A stretch of 64,000 nucleotides of DNA from Cirrosporium novae-zelandiae (GCA_026023565.1 JAPETS010000001.1:62001-126000), one strand, 5' to 3'. Shown: positions 11,401-27,979, numbered from the stretch's first letter. Numbers and translations are program-made. Notes: a model not told the origin generated them from the sequence alone.

Positions 11401-14400
11401 CTAGAGTATCGCGAGTACCTTCAACAAGCAATAACTTACCATTGGGCTTCAGTAGCTTTCTAACATTTATCATAGTGGTATCCATATTCTTCGTGGCATG
11501 TAGGACTCTGCAAGCTACTACAAGGTCATAGGTGCCCGCTTCCAGACCTTGTTGAGTGGGATCATTTTCGACATTGAACTTCTTGAAGTTCATACGATCG
11601 CCCCAAGCAGAAAACTTTTCTCGGGCCTTTTCGAAGAATCCGGAGGATATGTCAGTAAAGTCATAACGATGGAATCTAGCTCGGGAACCTGAGTCCCCGC
11701 CGAGGGCTTCTAAGACGGGGAGAGTGCAACCCCCAGTACCCGCCCCAATCTCTAGGATGGTTGCATTAGGATACTTATGGGCATATAGATCAACAAGTTT
11801 CGCCGTTTGCTTGTAAGTTCGATCTAGAGCAAGTGCTTTCTCATAATAGGAATAGAGAAGTCGACCTTCAAGCATCACTTGCAATGGTTCAACTTCTCCT
11901 CGCAAGATTTCCACCAAATTTCTTCCAATTCGGCATAGCATCTCTCCGTTAACACATGATGGTTCTGCCTTTTTTAAAAGATTATTTCTTTCATCTTCAT
12001 TTGACTGAAGCCATTCCGAGGTCTGGTATTGTAACTTTTGTTGCTTTCCGAGGTCATACTGCATTTTCATCCAGCTGTATAACTTCTGGTGGTGTGGTTT
12101 CATTGCTTGAAATTCGTCGTTGGATATTTTTCCCAGAGCTTCCTCTATAATATACAAGGAAGCACGCTGCAAGTCAGCTTGCATAGCTATCTCTGCAGGC
12201 TCACCAGAAACACCCAGGAGAGATTTGAAGCCATCGGGAGATAGTGACAGCAAATCATTGTCCCATAACATCTGGAAGCATAATTTCCTTTCTCCAATGT
12301 CTTCTTGCGATGCTGAGTTCCCAATGGAGGTACAACGGAAGCCTTCGATCTTTACCACGGGACGACTTTCAAGGTCAGTTTCATTCACAACTTCAATAGA
12401 TGACTCAAAGCCCTGGGCATCAGCATGATTAACCATTGAGCAAACTCTGAGCTTATGGCCAGGCTGATTACTGATGTCATAGGATACGAATAGGGACTTG
12501 AATGAGTGTGGAACCATTGTCGTTGAGTTTTCCATTCCCTTTTCGGAGAAAGCTGAATAAACGGCTTGGAAAACAGCATCCAAAGTTGTGGGATGCACAA
12601 TATGGCTGTGCTCGTGTTTGTAGGGGAGCATGGATGCCGTATCTGGGATGGAGACTACAGCCAGTGATCGCTGCTTGCCGACGCGTATTTCGTCCAAATT
12701 CTGAAAAGCCGGTCCGTGACATATTCCAACAGCATGTAGGCCTTTATAAAGGCGACTAGGGCTCAGCGATTTGGTGTAATCACGATTTTCCAGAGAGTAA
12801 GCTATACTTGGCAGGCCTGTCTTATGGGTTTGCTTCCAACTGGGTCCATCCAAAGTGCGTTTACGTTGGACCAAGATAGATCCCGTGCAATGAATAGTCC
12901 ACTCGCTGTCCTGTCCAACGGAGTATATCTGGAAATCTTGCATCTCTTTTGCCCCAAGAAGCTTATCACAAGAGCCTTGGAAAGCCATCTGGACCTCCAC
13001 ACCTTCTGAATTATCAGGGACCACCAATGCAGTTTTAACATCGATATTGAACAACTTAAAGCCCAAAATGTTTTCACGGTCAGTCGAAATTTGGCACGCT
13101 CCCTCGATTACCATGGAAATATAACCTGCTGCTGGATAAATGATCGTGGACTGCACCACATGGTCCCTAACCCAAGGAATGTCCGACGGCCTGATAAAAT
13201 GTCGCCATGTAGGCAAAGATGGGTTCATGCCAACTTGAGGTACACCTAAAAGATCATGGGGGCTCTCGGTCCTCAAGCGGTGTTCCCTATTTAGACGGGA
13301 TTCCTGCCAATGTTCTATTTTATGGGACCAGGGATATGTAGGTAGGTCTGTAACAACTTGAAGGTCAGGAGGAGCGCCGGTTGGGAAATTAACGGCGTTC
13401 ATATTGACCCGATATCCCTTGCTCAACAATACACAGGCCATGTCTTGCATCGTCTTGACAGCATCAACCTTTCTTACTAGACATGATGTGTAGCTAATTG
13501 GCAGGTCCTTGAGTTCTGGAAGAGTCAGAGTTTGGCGAATAGGTCCAGCCAAAGCACTATGAGGTCCAATCTCAACGAGGACATCAACCGAATGGCCATT
13601 TTTGGTAGGATCTTTTGAGGCACGGCTCAGACACATGTTATGGAGGGAACTGCTGAACAAAACTGGCTGGACCATGTTCCTAACCCAGTAGTCAGGCCCA
13701 ATCTCTGAGACCGATTCGATTCGCTTGCCGGTTACAGATGATGAAAATATTGTGTTGCCCAGTTCTTTTGGTGCCTGGATGTCACGAAGATGATCGTAAT
13801 ACTCATCTGAAATTAGACGCATATGGTGAGAATGATAGGCAGCATCTACATTGAGCCTCCGCGCAAACACTTTCTCGGCCTCCAAGATTGTTTGCAGCTC
13901 TTCAATAGCCGGAGTATCTCCAGAGACTGTAACACTAGAAGGACTGTTGACACAAGCAACGATAATCTTTCCTAAAGTGACCTGTGCGATACGCTTTTCG
14001 GTTTCATCTTGACCAAGGCCGACTGCTATCATGCCACCTCGTAGATCTGGAGCCTTCTCCTTGGCCTTCAACGCCAGTTCACCTCTGAAATAAGCAATAG
14101 TCATAGCGTCCTGAAGGCTTAGCACTCCAGCGGCATACCCACTCGCTATTTCTCCGCTTGAATGTCCAGTTACCGCTGTTGGCTTGATACCCCAAGAGTC
14201 CAGCAGTCGCACCAGTGCTATCTGAACTGCCGAGCAAAGTGGCTGACTGATAGAAGCAATATTGACGCGGCTCGATTTCTCATCCTGGTGTAGCTCGTCC
14301 CAGAGTGACCATGGACACCCTAATTTGCGCAGATATTCATCGGCAGCTCGAAGGGTATCTCTGTAAACAGGATATACTGATAATTCGCGACCCATACGAT

Positions 14401-16390
14401 AGTATTGTGCACCTTGGCCAGTAAATACGAAACCAAGGCGGGGAGTATCAGTCGAGCGTTCTGGTCTAAATTTGGTGTCCTGAAGTGCTTCAGTTAGGTC
14501 CTCCAAGCTAGTCGCCGATGTTGCTGCAACCCACGGGAATCGTGAGCGACGTTCACTGAGGGTGTAAGCGAGGTTATTGAGCCATTTTCCTTCATTCACT
14601 CCAGGAGCAGTGTGTTCCTTGATATAAGTATTTAAATTAGCAACCATGTCTCGGGCCGCTCCCTCGTCTTTAGCGCTTAACATGAAGATTTGTCGTTGAT
14701 GTTCTCCCGATGCATTGATCTTGACTGATCCATTAATTGGGGATAACTGTGAAATAAAACGATCCGCGTTTTCAAGGATAACATGGGCATTAGTTCCACC
14801 ATAACCCAAGCTACTTACAGATACTCGTCGAATGTCATTAGAGGGCCAGGGTTCTAGTTGTAGAGGGATCTGTAATTATTAGATCAAGTCACCAGTAACG
14901 AGAATGGTTACAAACCTTCAGCTTCCACTTTTCAAGCGATATCTTCGGGTTTATTTTCTCAAATTCTGCAAGAGGAGGTATCAAGGCCTTCTCGATCGCC
15001 ATTGTACTCTTGATGATACCTGCGAGACCACTAGCAGCTTCAAGATGCCCGACATTTGCTTTGACTGATCCAATGCAGATTGGATTGTCGATGGACCTCT
15101 TCTCTCCAAAGACAGTGCCAATTGCTTCAGCCTCGCGGGGATCTCCTACTTTGGTTCCTGTACCATGTGCTTCAAAATATGCGGTTTCCAAGGGGTCGAG
15201 ACCAACATTCTTGTATGCGGCGCGGATAAGTGCTTGATGTGCTTCGCTGCTCGGTAGTGTTATCCCAGCAGTTTTTCCATCCTGGTTTAAGAGAGTTTCT
15301 CTTATCACGGCACGGATGGGATCTCCATCCCTCAAAGCATCCTTAAGGGGTTTAATAACAAGTGTAGCTACTCCTTCACCTCTACCATAGCCGCAAGCTC
15401 TATGGTCAAAAGCAAAAGACTTTCCATCGGGAGAAAGAAACCCTAATAACACGTCAATCAGTAAGATTAGATTAGAGTTCCAAGCTTATTCGCCACTTAC
15501 CTAAGTTTGTCATGCCTATCGGCATGTCGGGATTTATTATCACATTGGATCCACCAACGATTGACATGCCAGACTCGCCTGCCCGCAGGCTTTGACACGC
15601 CAGATGCAATGCTACCAAACTAGTGGAACATCCAGTATCAACTGTTAGACTGCTACCCTTCAGGTTGAAGAAGTATGATATCCTGTTCGAAAGCATTGCC
15701 ATTCCGTTTCCAGTCACGAAATACCGAGGGAGAGTCTCGCTATCTCGCATCATGCTATCGTGATAGTCTCGAGTAAAGCTCCCAGAAAACACAGAAGTAT
15801 CTGTTCCAGATAAAGCATCAACTGTCATTCCAGCTACAAATCCCATTAGATTATAAGACCAATTGATGTTAGGCAGGAGTTTTACCATTCTCCAAGGCTT
15901 CATAAGAAGTTTCCAGTTGAAGACGCAACTGAGGATCCATGGACTATAAAAGTAAGTTTGGGTAACTATATGTGGACCAGTCGATGAGATTAAACATACT
16001 CGTGCTTCCTCCGCTGTTAAGTTGAAGAAAGGGGCATCGAATCGAGTGATTCCATCTTTCAAGAAATGGCCACCGCGAAGGTTAAGCTTATTGACTGTGA
16101 GTATGGGGCTTCAAAGTTGATATCAAACTCACTGTTCCTCTTTTCTCGCCACATGGGTGATAAAATGCCTCTTGGTTGAACCTGTCCGACGGAATCTTTG
16201 ACCATGTGCTACGGCGCTCTGCACAGATACGCCATAGACGTTCTGGACTGGTTACATCACCTGGGAACCTGCAAGCCATACCAATAATGGCAATTGGCAT
16301 TGGGGCCTGAGGAAGCTCGCAGTCAACATGGTTTGAAGGAGACGGGCCGCTGTAGGCGGTCGCACCTGATTCTGCTTTTTCGTATCTCAT
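8456..16390 (-). CDS. Highly reducing iterative type I polyketide synthase (KS-AT-DH-CMeT-ER-KR-ACP)
   Basis: Exons 16390-16133, 16086-16000, 15943-15886, 15833-15501, 15442-14916, 14869-8456 (GT-AG introns); KS DTGCSTS/HGTGT/GHLE, AT GHSSGE and [18 protein letters not shown], CMe[38 protein letters not shown]. Confidence 0.96.
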
Positions 16391-17859
16391 TGTGTTGTTG
16401 AAACAAATATTATCAGTTGATTAATTCTGGAACATTTGGTTTTGAAATCGGGGACCGAAACGCTTTATATATGAAGGCATATATCGGCCCCTTGATGCGA
16501 GGATGCAAGCAGTTCCAAATAACATGAGGCCAGGCTACAGAAAAAACTTCATCAACATTCAGGATACCGAGTATCTTGCTCAAGTGTCAACCCATATCCC
16601 CTCGTAAAACCACGATATCAGGCTGGCAGTGCTGGCTGAGCTTCCAGGCAGCGACCAAAGCCGGGATTTCATTGCTTCTACTTGGTAGGCGACATCGAAT
16701 GATACTGCCAACAAGACCTCAAGTGGTATAATGGTAATCACTATGCCAGATTGGACCTTTGGCCATCCCATTTTAGCAGGTATCATTTTGATGGGATATG
16801 AAGATATCGAACGAAGTCAAGACTATGATGAACAGTCGGGTGACCCATCCATTAAACCCAGAAGCAGAATTGTGGGGAAATTATGCTACTGGGGAAAACT
16901 AAATGGATGAGAAAAGTTTTGGGGAAGCCATGTATATCAGCGGTGAATCCCTTATTTAGCTTAGACAACCCAGCTCAACAACATCTCGAAAGGACCTCGA
17001 GGGGGTACACTGCCACACAAACAATAATTGGTACATCAATACTGTAACGTAATTATAAATTCATGGCTCCACAGATCAATATGAAACGATAAAAAGGCCC
17101 TCGCTGTTACACGAAAAGAGTTGGGGTTTGTAGTTATCATGGGCAATCGTTATTGTTGATGGAACAGCATTCGGAAACTTGGCTTTTCATATAGCATTCC
17201 GGATTGTACTTCAGTGGTTTTCAATATACCTAAGTAATCTGATATGAAAAATACAATATCAGTACTATCAAAACTCTTCGAGGCTAATGAATGATTTTCC
17301 TGTAACCCTAAAGCATTAAACTGTCTAATTTCTTAGAACGGATACAGATGATTATAATCAGAACACTTGCACGTGGAATGAAAAGCACGACCCAAGTAGG
17401 TCTCATTGGGATAGAAGGTAGATCTCAGCAGATGGAAGGGTCACAGAAATTGTGTCATTCGAACCGTTGGGGTTCAACAGACAACCTTAGATCAAATCAA
17501 ACTTTAAATCCGTTGCAGGTTGGGAAGCACAATTGTTATTCCGGCTCCGAAGCTTCAAATATTGCTACTAACTACCTAGATACGTGACGCGTTTACGATC
17601 CAACTAATCACTAGCAGAAACATGTTGATATTTGCTGAGTGAATAACAAAAAACCCTTGCTATCATATGACCTTGGATTCTTGGTCTTGGATTTTTTGTT
17701 GATCCTAGGATAAATCCAAAATTAACATATTTTCATTGAATCTTGACGGCTGTCTAGACCGCTACGGAGCTATCGTAACTCTGATTCCACCATTTTGAAG
17801 GTATAAAAAAAACCCAGCACCTTGAAGTCATAGCAAACCAAACCCCTAGGCATGGTACC

Positions 17860-19479
17860 TTAGTTCATTTGTCTAATGAGACCGTTGATCTTGTCTTCCC
17901 GGTTGCCCAGGTCGCCACCTTCAATGTAATGCTTGAACTTTCGGGTTCTGAATCCACCGGTAGGGTTGCTCAACTAATATAGGATTAATAGGAATTCTAT
18001 ATTTCAGGGCTATAGCTAGAACTCACCTTGAATGGCCACAAGAAGTTGCTGGCTTGTTTGAAGTTGGGCCCAACAGTGTAGATCTCATGGATTAAATCTT
18101 CCATACATACAATACCGTATTTACCGAGGTTGTCCTCAATCAGCTGGTTGTCGCTAAGAGGGATTCTTTGTTTGTCGATCTTGCCGTAGCCTCGCTTGTA
18201 GATGAGTTCACGTACGGTCTTGAGGTTGGGGTAACCGTAGGCAATGTAGGGCTCGACGACCTTCAACATCTCAAGGGTAGCCTTTGTTAAGCGAACGAAG
18301 ATACCGTTGTTGACTTGGAGAAGACGGAGGAGTTGAAGGATCTTGCGAGGCTTTGGTGCAATTTTGTTAATACTATCGTAGCAGTTAGTGAAATCTGCAT
18401 GAAACATTGGATGGGCTTGTTACTGACCCTCTGATACGAACAACGAAAACCAATTTGGGCTCGGCAGGAACCCAGTAGTCTAACAACAAAATCAGTATAC
18501 AATATATAGTTTCAGTAATTCGAGGGTCACTTACTTCCGGTCTGCCTGGCTACACGGGCGAGACGAATCTTCTCACGCTCAGCATCACGGTACTCCTTGA
18601 CGTATGATTCGGCACGCTTGAAGATGACACCACGCTTCTCCTTGTTGGCCTATTAAGAAAGACACGGTTAGCTTTGTGCTTCTAAGAGATGATTGATTCA
18701 AAATTGATGATCATATAGGACTCAGCCCCGAAAGATGGTTAACAAAAGCGACAACATTGATCCGAAGATCTAGCCAGCGTGATTGGATTAAGCTTCATCA
18801 CTGTCATTCTAATCGATGTACAAGATATAAAATGAGATCTGACCTTTTTCTTTTGTTCACGAGCTGCGGTAGCTTCCTCGCGGGCCTTCTCCTGGCTCTT
18901 GCGCTTCTTCAGGAGAGTTTCAGGCACCATCACCTGGTCCTGAGTTGGGACAGTCCTGTATCGAGATGGTGTCACGTTAGTATAGCCTATCCGTCATGGA
19001 TTTCAAGCAAAGCGCCGAGTTCAGAATTGCAGCTAGTGCAGCATTCTCGGACTGAAGAAGATAACCCGACGACATTGTTTTAATCAGTGAGATTGAATGT
19101 TGGATTCGTGCTTTAAGAAAGCAAGAGCCTAGCAAACGAGGTTTCTCAAAGACAAAGCCTCAAGCACTAGCTCGAGAGAGATGCTGCAATCCAGGCGACT
19201 CAAGTAAGCACGTGCGTGTCGCAAACTACTTCTTGAACCGGGTGCTGCAATATATTTCGAGGAGAAGAGCCAATGTCTTCAACCTCAATGCCCTAAGTCC
19301 TTCTCCGTTGTCATCATGAGATGCGTGGAAGTCGGAACTTTAGGATATCGAGCTGGGGTAATAGCTTTCCTTCGGCAGGAAAGCTGAGTTGACTCCAGCC
19401 AGCGAACGAGCGACTATACCAACATTCCATTCGACAATCAGTGTGATGAGGAGGAGAATATAACGTACGTTGAAGGCAT
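17860..19479 (-). CDS. RPL7: 60S ribosomal protein L7 (uL30)
   Basis: Exons 19479-19469, 18955-18844, 18649-18535, 18479-18428, 18372-18027, 17973-17860; [46 protein letters not shown]. Confidence 0.96.
18718..18805 (-). ncRNA. Intronic box C/D snoRNA, snR39/snR39B/snR59-related (25S rRNA 2'-O-methylation guide)
   Basis: In RPL7 intron 2: box C GTGATGA (18801-18795), box D CTGA (18725-18722), terminal GAC/GTC pairing, guide ACCATCTTTCGGG complementary to conserved LSU rRNA CCCGAAAGAUGGU. Confidence 0.85.
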
Positions 19480-19595
19480 TGTTGCAGCGGTTGTCTTGTC
19501 GATTGACTGCTGGCGGTTGTCGTTGGTTTGTTGGTCGTTGGTCGAAATTGAAATTTTTGAAAACTTTTGTTGTGTTGAAGAGATTGTGGGAAAAC

Positions 19596-19627
19596 CGCTT
19601 AGCTTAGCGCGTAGACTAGGGCCTAAC
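19596..19627. promoter_or_regulatory. GCTAAGCG and TAGGGC motifs in the RPL7/SNF8 bidirectional promoter
   Basis: CGCTTAGC 19596-19603 (117 bp upstream of the RPL7 ATG) and TAGGGC nearby; the same pair occurs upstream of NIP1. Confidence 0.5.
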
Positions 19628-19765
19628 CTAAAGTAGGAGCAAGCTTGCCGCCAAGCCGCCAAGCCGAGTCTGGATTTATCGAACAGCCCCACCTCGCCAA
19701 CCATTACTCGAGTATGGATAATAACCCTGCTTCATAACTAGGTGGGTATTTTCTATTCTATCACA

Positions 19766-20579
19766 ATGTCTACTCGTAGAGGCGTTGGCCTCGGTGCCTT
19801 CCAAAACCGCAGTGCCACCTCTCAGTCCTATGCTACTCATGGTGCCAATCTCCGCAATACTCATGCATCTGCCTTACAAACCCAGCTTTCTGTTTTCCAA
19901 AGCCTACTACACTCATTCGCTCTCGAGCATGCCTCAAAGATCAAATCAAATCCAACCTTCCGTGCCGAATTCGCGCGCATGTGCAATGCCATCGGCGTGG
20001 ATCCCTTGGCAGGAAGCAATGTAAGGGGAAAGAAAGCAGGACAAGGTGCAAGCTGGTGGGCCCAGATGCTGGGTGGAGATGTCAATGATTTCTACTTTGA
20101 GATTGCGGTAAGAGTGGTTGAGGTATGCAGAGAGACAAGGGATGAAAATGGGGGTTTGATTACAGTGGATGAATGCCGGACCAGGGCTTCCAAAGGGAAG
20201 GGTATCGGGGGTGGCATAGAGATTTCAGAGTATGCAAAGATAGTAGACTGTTCCTTCAAACCAAGACTCACTGTACGATAGTGATGATATATTACGTGCC
20301 GTAGCATCTCTCAAACCCCTCGGGTCTGGATTTGCTATAATCAACGTCGGCAGTAAACGGTTCATACATTCCATACCAAAGGAATTGAACACCGATCAGT
20401 CCACGACGCTGGAGATAATTCAAATTACGGGATATATCACAATTTCGATGCTCCAGGCAAATCTAAACTGGGAGCGAGAAAGAGCCGAGGTTATTATTTC
20501 TCAACTTTTAACAGATTCACTGGTTTGGGTCGACGAGAAAACCCTTGGCGAAAAGGAATATTGGTCTCCAACGTTGTGA
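19766..20579 (+). CDS. SNF8: ESCRT-II subunit Vps22/Snf8 (EAP30)
   Basis: Exons 19766-20229, 20282-20579; RRGVGLGAF, FRAEFARMCNAIGVDPLA, DFYFEIAVRVVEVC, SLVWVD...EYWSP. Confidence 0.93.
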
Positions 20580-20729
20580 CGATAGTGAAGACGTATTTAA
20601 TCATTTTCATTCGGCTGTTCATCGTACTTCGCTAGATATCCTCATAGCCGATATTTTGATGCTTGCCGGGTCATGCAAATCTAAAAAAAAGAAACCATTA
20701 CCATACAACCCATGAGAATGTCATCCTGT

Positions 20730-23527
20730 TTAAGCCTTGATCGCACTGCCCAGTGCCCCTCCCCCAAATTGTTGACCACCAGGCCGCCTCCCTCCTTGCC
20801 CACCAAAGCCGGTCCGTTGACCTCTGCCACCCCTACCACCCCCGCGGCCACCTCGAGTTCCTTGTCCGTCGTTACGTTGGAACGCGTTGGCAGTTCCTTG
20901 TGTTCTTTGTTCAAGCGTCTTTTCATTTGCTTCAATGAGACCGCTTGCCTTATCACTCAATGTGAGAGCAAGGCTCTGAAGTCTTGAAACTTCAACACCC
21001 TTCCGGAAGATGATAGCGCTGTTGACTTGATCCAATGCAGCAGCGAGCTCTTCATGGGAAATCATCTTGCTCACTACCGCAGCAACTTTCCGTTCAGAAA
21101 GATCAAACATCGAGGCCAGAGTGTTGATGGCGAGAGTGTCATAGAATGGCGCATATGTAAATAGATATGTGCGAAGTCCTTCCTCCTGGATCTGTTCCGA
21201 CAACATTGATTTGATCTTTTCAGGTTGAGGCATGAGGTCCCAAATCTTTATAGCCGAGATAAGCTCCGACGATTTGAGGAAATCCCCAGCGGCCAAGGCC
21301 TTGCTGGCTTGCATCACATGATCTCTAGTGTTCTCCGGAGGGCCAGTGAAGACCTGTCGTTCGGCATACTCTAATTGTCGGCGGTAGTTCTTGCTTATTA
21401 TGCGTTTCTTGAGGTCAGGTGCAGAGCCAGTCTGCGCTAGAAGTGGGATTTCGAGAAGCATTGAGCAGGTGAGATATACACATTCAAGAAGTTCGAGGTT
21501 GATATGCATGTGGAAAGGGAGTTGTCTTTGGCGTTCTAAACGCTCCTGTTCGGGTGGAACTTGGGCATATCGCTGCATCACGATCCCTTGTGCAAGGAGT
21601 TCCTTTTGTCGTCCACTTCCGCAAATATCTTGGAGGGTAGTTTGGGCTTCATAAATAAGGCCGGCCCGAAAAGCACACAAACCAACTTGGACCAAAGTTC
21701 TGTTGAAAAGAATCTGAGTGCTGACATCAAAATTGCTAATGTTGTCTTGCAAATGAGACATCAAAAGCATATCTCGAGATTTGTAGTAGTGGTCATGTAG
21801 AGCAAGGAAGAACACTTGGCATAGCATGGCACGGGATCGAATAATTCCCTCGCTGTGCTGAAAGAGATAGTGGCAAAGAGTCTGCACCAGCGCAGCAGTA
21901 TCGGGCTTCCCATCAGCCCTGGGAGTAATTTCGGAGTTCAAATTATCGGGAACGGCCTTCAACATAGATTCTTCAAGAGTGATGACGACGGTAGAGGGCT
22001 AGAAGACGTGTTAGGAGCAAAGTAAAACCGTTGGTAAGAGGAATGCCTGCCTTGAAATAAATATGTTCTAGCCTCCGCATAATAATCCGATTAAGTGTTT
22101 CCTGGGAGAAAGCTAGTTTATGATTCTTCTCTAAAGATTCCACGTAAAACAGAGAGCGGACGATATTGTTGTAAAGCGCTTGCTCGTCGCTTAGCCTTTC
22201 GATATATTCAGCGGTATGAGGATCAATGTGTTGGAGTGATCGAGTAAGCTCGTCATCGAGCCTTTCTACGGAGGAGACAATGCTTCCAGGAATTTTAAGA
22301 GGCTCCCCATCAACAGGCTGAGGGGGTTTCTCATCATCTTCCCATTCCTCCGCATCTTCCAAGACTACTAGGTTTGGGTTGGTCTCCAAAACCTCCAGAA
22401 GAACAGTGAATTCATGCTCAGCACTGCAGTAGTAGTTAGCAGTGAAGTAGAAAATGTATACGAATTACTCACAGCTTCCATTGTTCTTGTGACATGAAAT
22501 TCGCAGTCGAACCAGAGCTTAGATCAAACCGAGTAGAGATCATTGTCAACAGGATCCGGACTTTTTGATATGGGGTCGTTGCGACCTCAAACAGTTTCTC
22601 CATTACCCGTATCTGCTCTGCCCTATCGGTGTTTTTCTTGCCTCGAGATTCAACGATGGTTCTAAGATGCTTCAGAATGCTTTCGGGGGTATATTGCAAC
22701 GTCTTTCCTCCTCGGCCCACAGTGGAAAAGCCTTCATCATCACCAGCAAGATCCAGAGTCTCCGCAAATCGGGGTTTCTTGACTTTCTGCACAGCAACTA
22801 CTTCCTCTTCTTCGTCTTCACGCATGAAATCTTCTTTATCTTCCCTGTACTTGTCGATCTCTGTCTTGTAGTCCTTGTTGTTCTTCTTGATCTTCTGCCT
22901 TACAGCATTTAGCCCTTGTAAAGTCGTTAGCATATGTAGTACAAGGTTGTAGAAAGTATATAACGTACCCTTGGTGTTCAACGCGTTCATCTTCTTTGTT
23001 GAAACCTTCTGTTTGGCAATAGTCTCATTCATGACATCCTCAAGATCCGAAACAGCCTTGACATATATTTTTGGAAGTGGCCCTGACTGGAGAACCTTTG
23101 TAACCTGCCGATTGAGGTTGTCATATTCTGACAAGATCAGTATTTCGTATAGCCTTCACCATGATTCAAACCAACCTTTTGATATCACAGCCCAGTCATT
23201 AATCTTTTCTGCATTTTCAATTGTCCGAACTGTCGCCTGGATCTCCTCCAGCCGTTTGTCCTTCGCACTCCTAACGATCACATTTCGCTCCCCGTCGGAA
23301 CTCTCATCGCTATCTGCATCGCCACCTGCTGTCTTGAAGAAACGATTAATTCCAGTTCGACCTCCCTCATCATCTGATGAGGACTCCTCCTCCTCTTCGC
23401 TGGATTCCTCTTCGCTAGATTCTTCGGAGGACTGTTCTTCGTTTTGTGCTTCGTGATCACTGTAGAGCTCCTCTTCATCAGAAGAGCTACTCTCACTAGA
23501 GCTATCACCGTGAAAGAATCGAGACAT
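20730..23527 (-). CDS. NIP1: Translation initiation factor eIF3 subunit c
   Basis: Exons 23527-23176, 23127-22969, 22914-22473, 22423-22051, 21998-20730 (last intron GC-AG); MSRFF start, acidic N-terminus, [27 protein letters not shown] region, RGG tail. Confidence 0.96.
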
Positions 23528-23647
23528 TTTGATTCAATCCTCTGATAATGCTGAACAGGTAACAGGAGAAAGGTGTCGTAGTTGACGTGTGGGGTTTGCG
23601 ATCTTTATCGCCTCTGTGTTAAAGTTGAGACGTCGGTCCGGATTTTT

Positions 23648-23702
23648 CGCTTAGCCGATGTGAGTCAATCGGGCTAATCACCAGCATTTTGTGAGCCCTA
23701 AA
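23648..23702. promoter_or_regulatory. GCTAAGCG and TAGGGC motifs upstream of NIP1
   Basis: CGCTTAGC 23648-23655 (121 bp upstream of ATG) and GCCCTAA 23696-23702. Confidence 0.5.
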
Positions 23703-23714
23703 GTCCGCTGATTG

Positions 23715-23741
23715 GATGATGATGATGATGATGATGATGAT
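23715..23741. repeat. (GAT)9 microsatellite
   Basis: Perfect trinucleotide run. Confidence 0.95.
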
Positions 23742-24928
23742 TCATTTATTGTCCACATGTTACCCTTGGGTTATAAGAAACATTCCACTAATTGAATAAT
23801 GACTCTGTTTTATCTTATTCTATTTTATTATTCATATGTTGCTTTTGGGCTAACAAGATTGAGGCGTCGTTTCCACTCATTATAAATCTGCAATTTTTAA
23901 CGAGAAAAAACGCTGAAAGTCTTATCAACATCTCAATTTGATTTCATCCCGAGTAGATAATTAATGATACAATATAGATTCACCAAATCTCTAATTTTTA
24001 CGACATGCCAGAAAATTCCAACTTATTCTATAACTACAAATGAAGACGAAACAAAGCGACGTCGAATGGTTGGGTATCACGTAGTTACTGACCAGGTGGC
24101 CATGACAATGACATCAATAAAAATGCCAACACATAAACTATAGGCTCCCACAGCAAAATGCGAATGGTGATTTGGAAGAGTCAAAGAATATTGATAGGCT
24201 GAAAAAATGTCTAATGATCCAAATCCAGCTTATCCTGCCTCTCGACGGGATCCCGGCCTAAGCGTCTCAGGTTCCGTAAGTGCATGTCAAGCACCAGCCA
24301 GGGCATTGAGCTGATGTTTCTCGACCCAATGAAAACAACAGGGCCGGAACATAAGAACTAACAGAGAAAGCCGTAATTGGTAGTTTTAGCAATCTCGGTT
24401 TCTATGCAAATCCGGCTTAACCGGCTATTTTCATGCAGGAATCAAGCTACCACAAATATCCCAGGAAAACATACAGGATCAATTCAAAATCTCAGAAACC
24501 CGAACGCCTAGGAGAACAGGTGTTCGCCCGGCGTGCCCCCTTGCTCTGATCGATTCCAATCCATGAGTCATAATTGTAGAGCAAGATCTTCGCAGAGGAG
24601 TCATTGCCTGCTCGGCATCAAAAGCCAGTCTTGTTTAATACTCTGCGAAAGGGCAGGAAGCCCACCCTACGTCAATCCCTTTTGACATGTGCTCCCGACC
24701 TTTTGCTCATTAACACCGTTTCCAAGCGTTTCAACCATGGCAATAGTATGGGAGAAGGTGATGGCCGATCCAGAACCTCCTGCGCTCAGTCTAAGGATTT
24801 CCTACCTCGGGAGCAAACGCAGGCATAGTGGATTCCACATACCCGATAAAAAGACGTGGGAACAAATTTGTTGTATGAATACTTAGGTCTTCGGAGATAG
24901 CCTTCGAAGGACATGGTACACACCGAGT

Positions 24929-27979
<3,051 letters not shown>

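Noticed and set aside
1800..16390. Kynureninase as a partner of the PKS in a biosynthetic cluster
   Set aside because: Separated by POL1 and looks like the ordinary NAD-pathway enzyme; no supporting cluster genes
19084..19317. Possible second box C/D snoRNA in RPL7 intron 1
   Set aside because: Box C-like ATGATGA is present, but the nearest CTGA is far away and no rRNA-antisense guide was recognised
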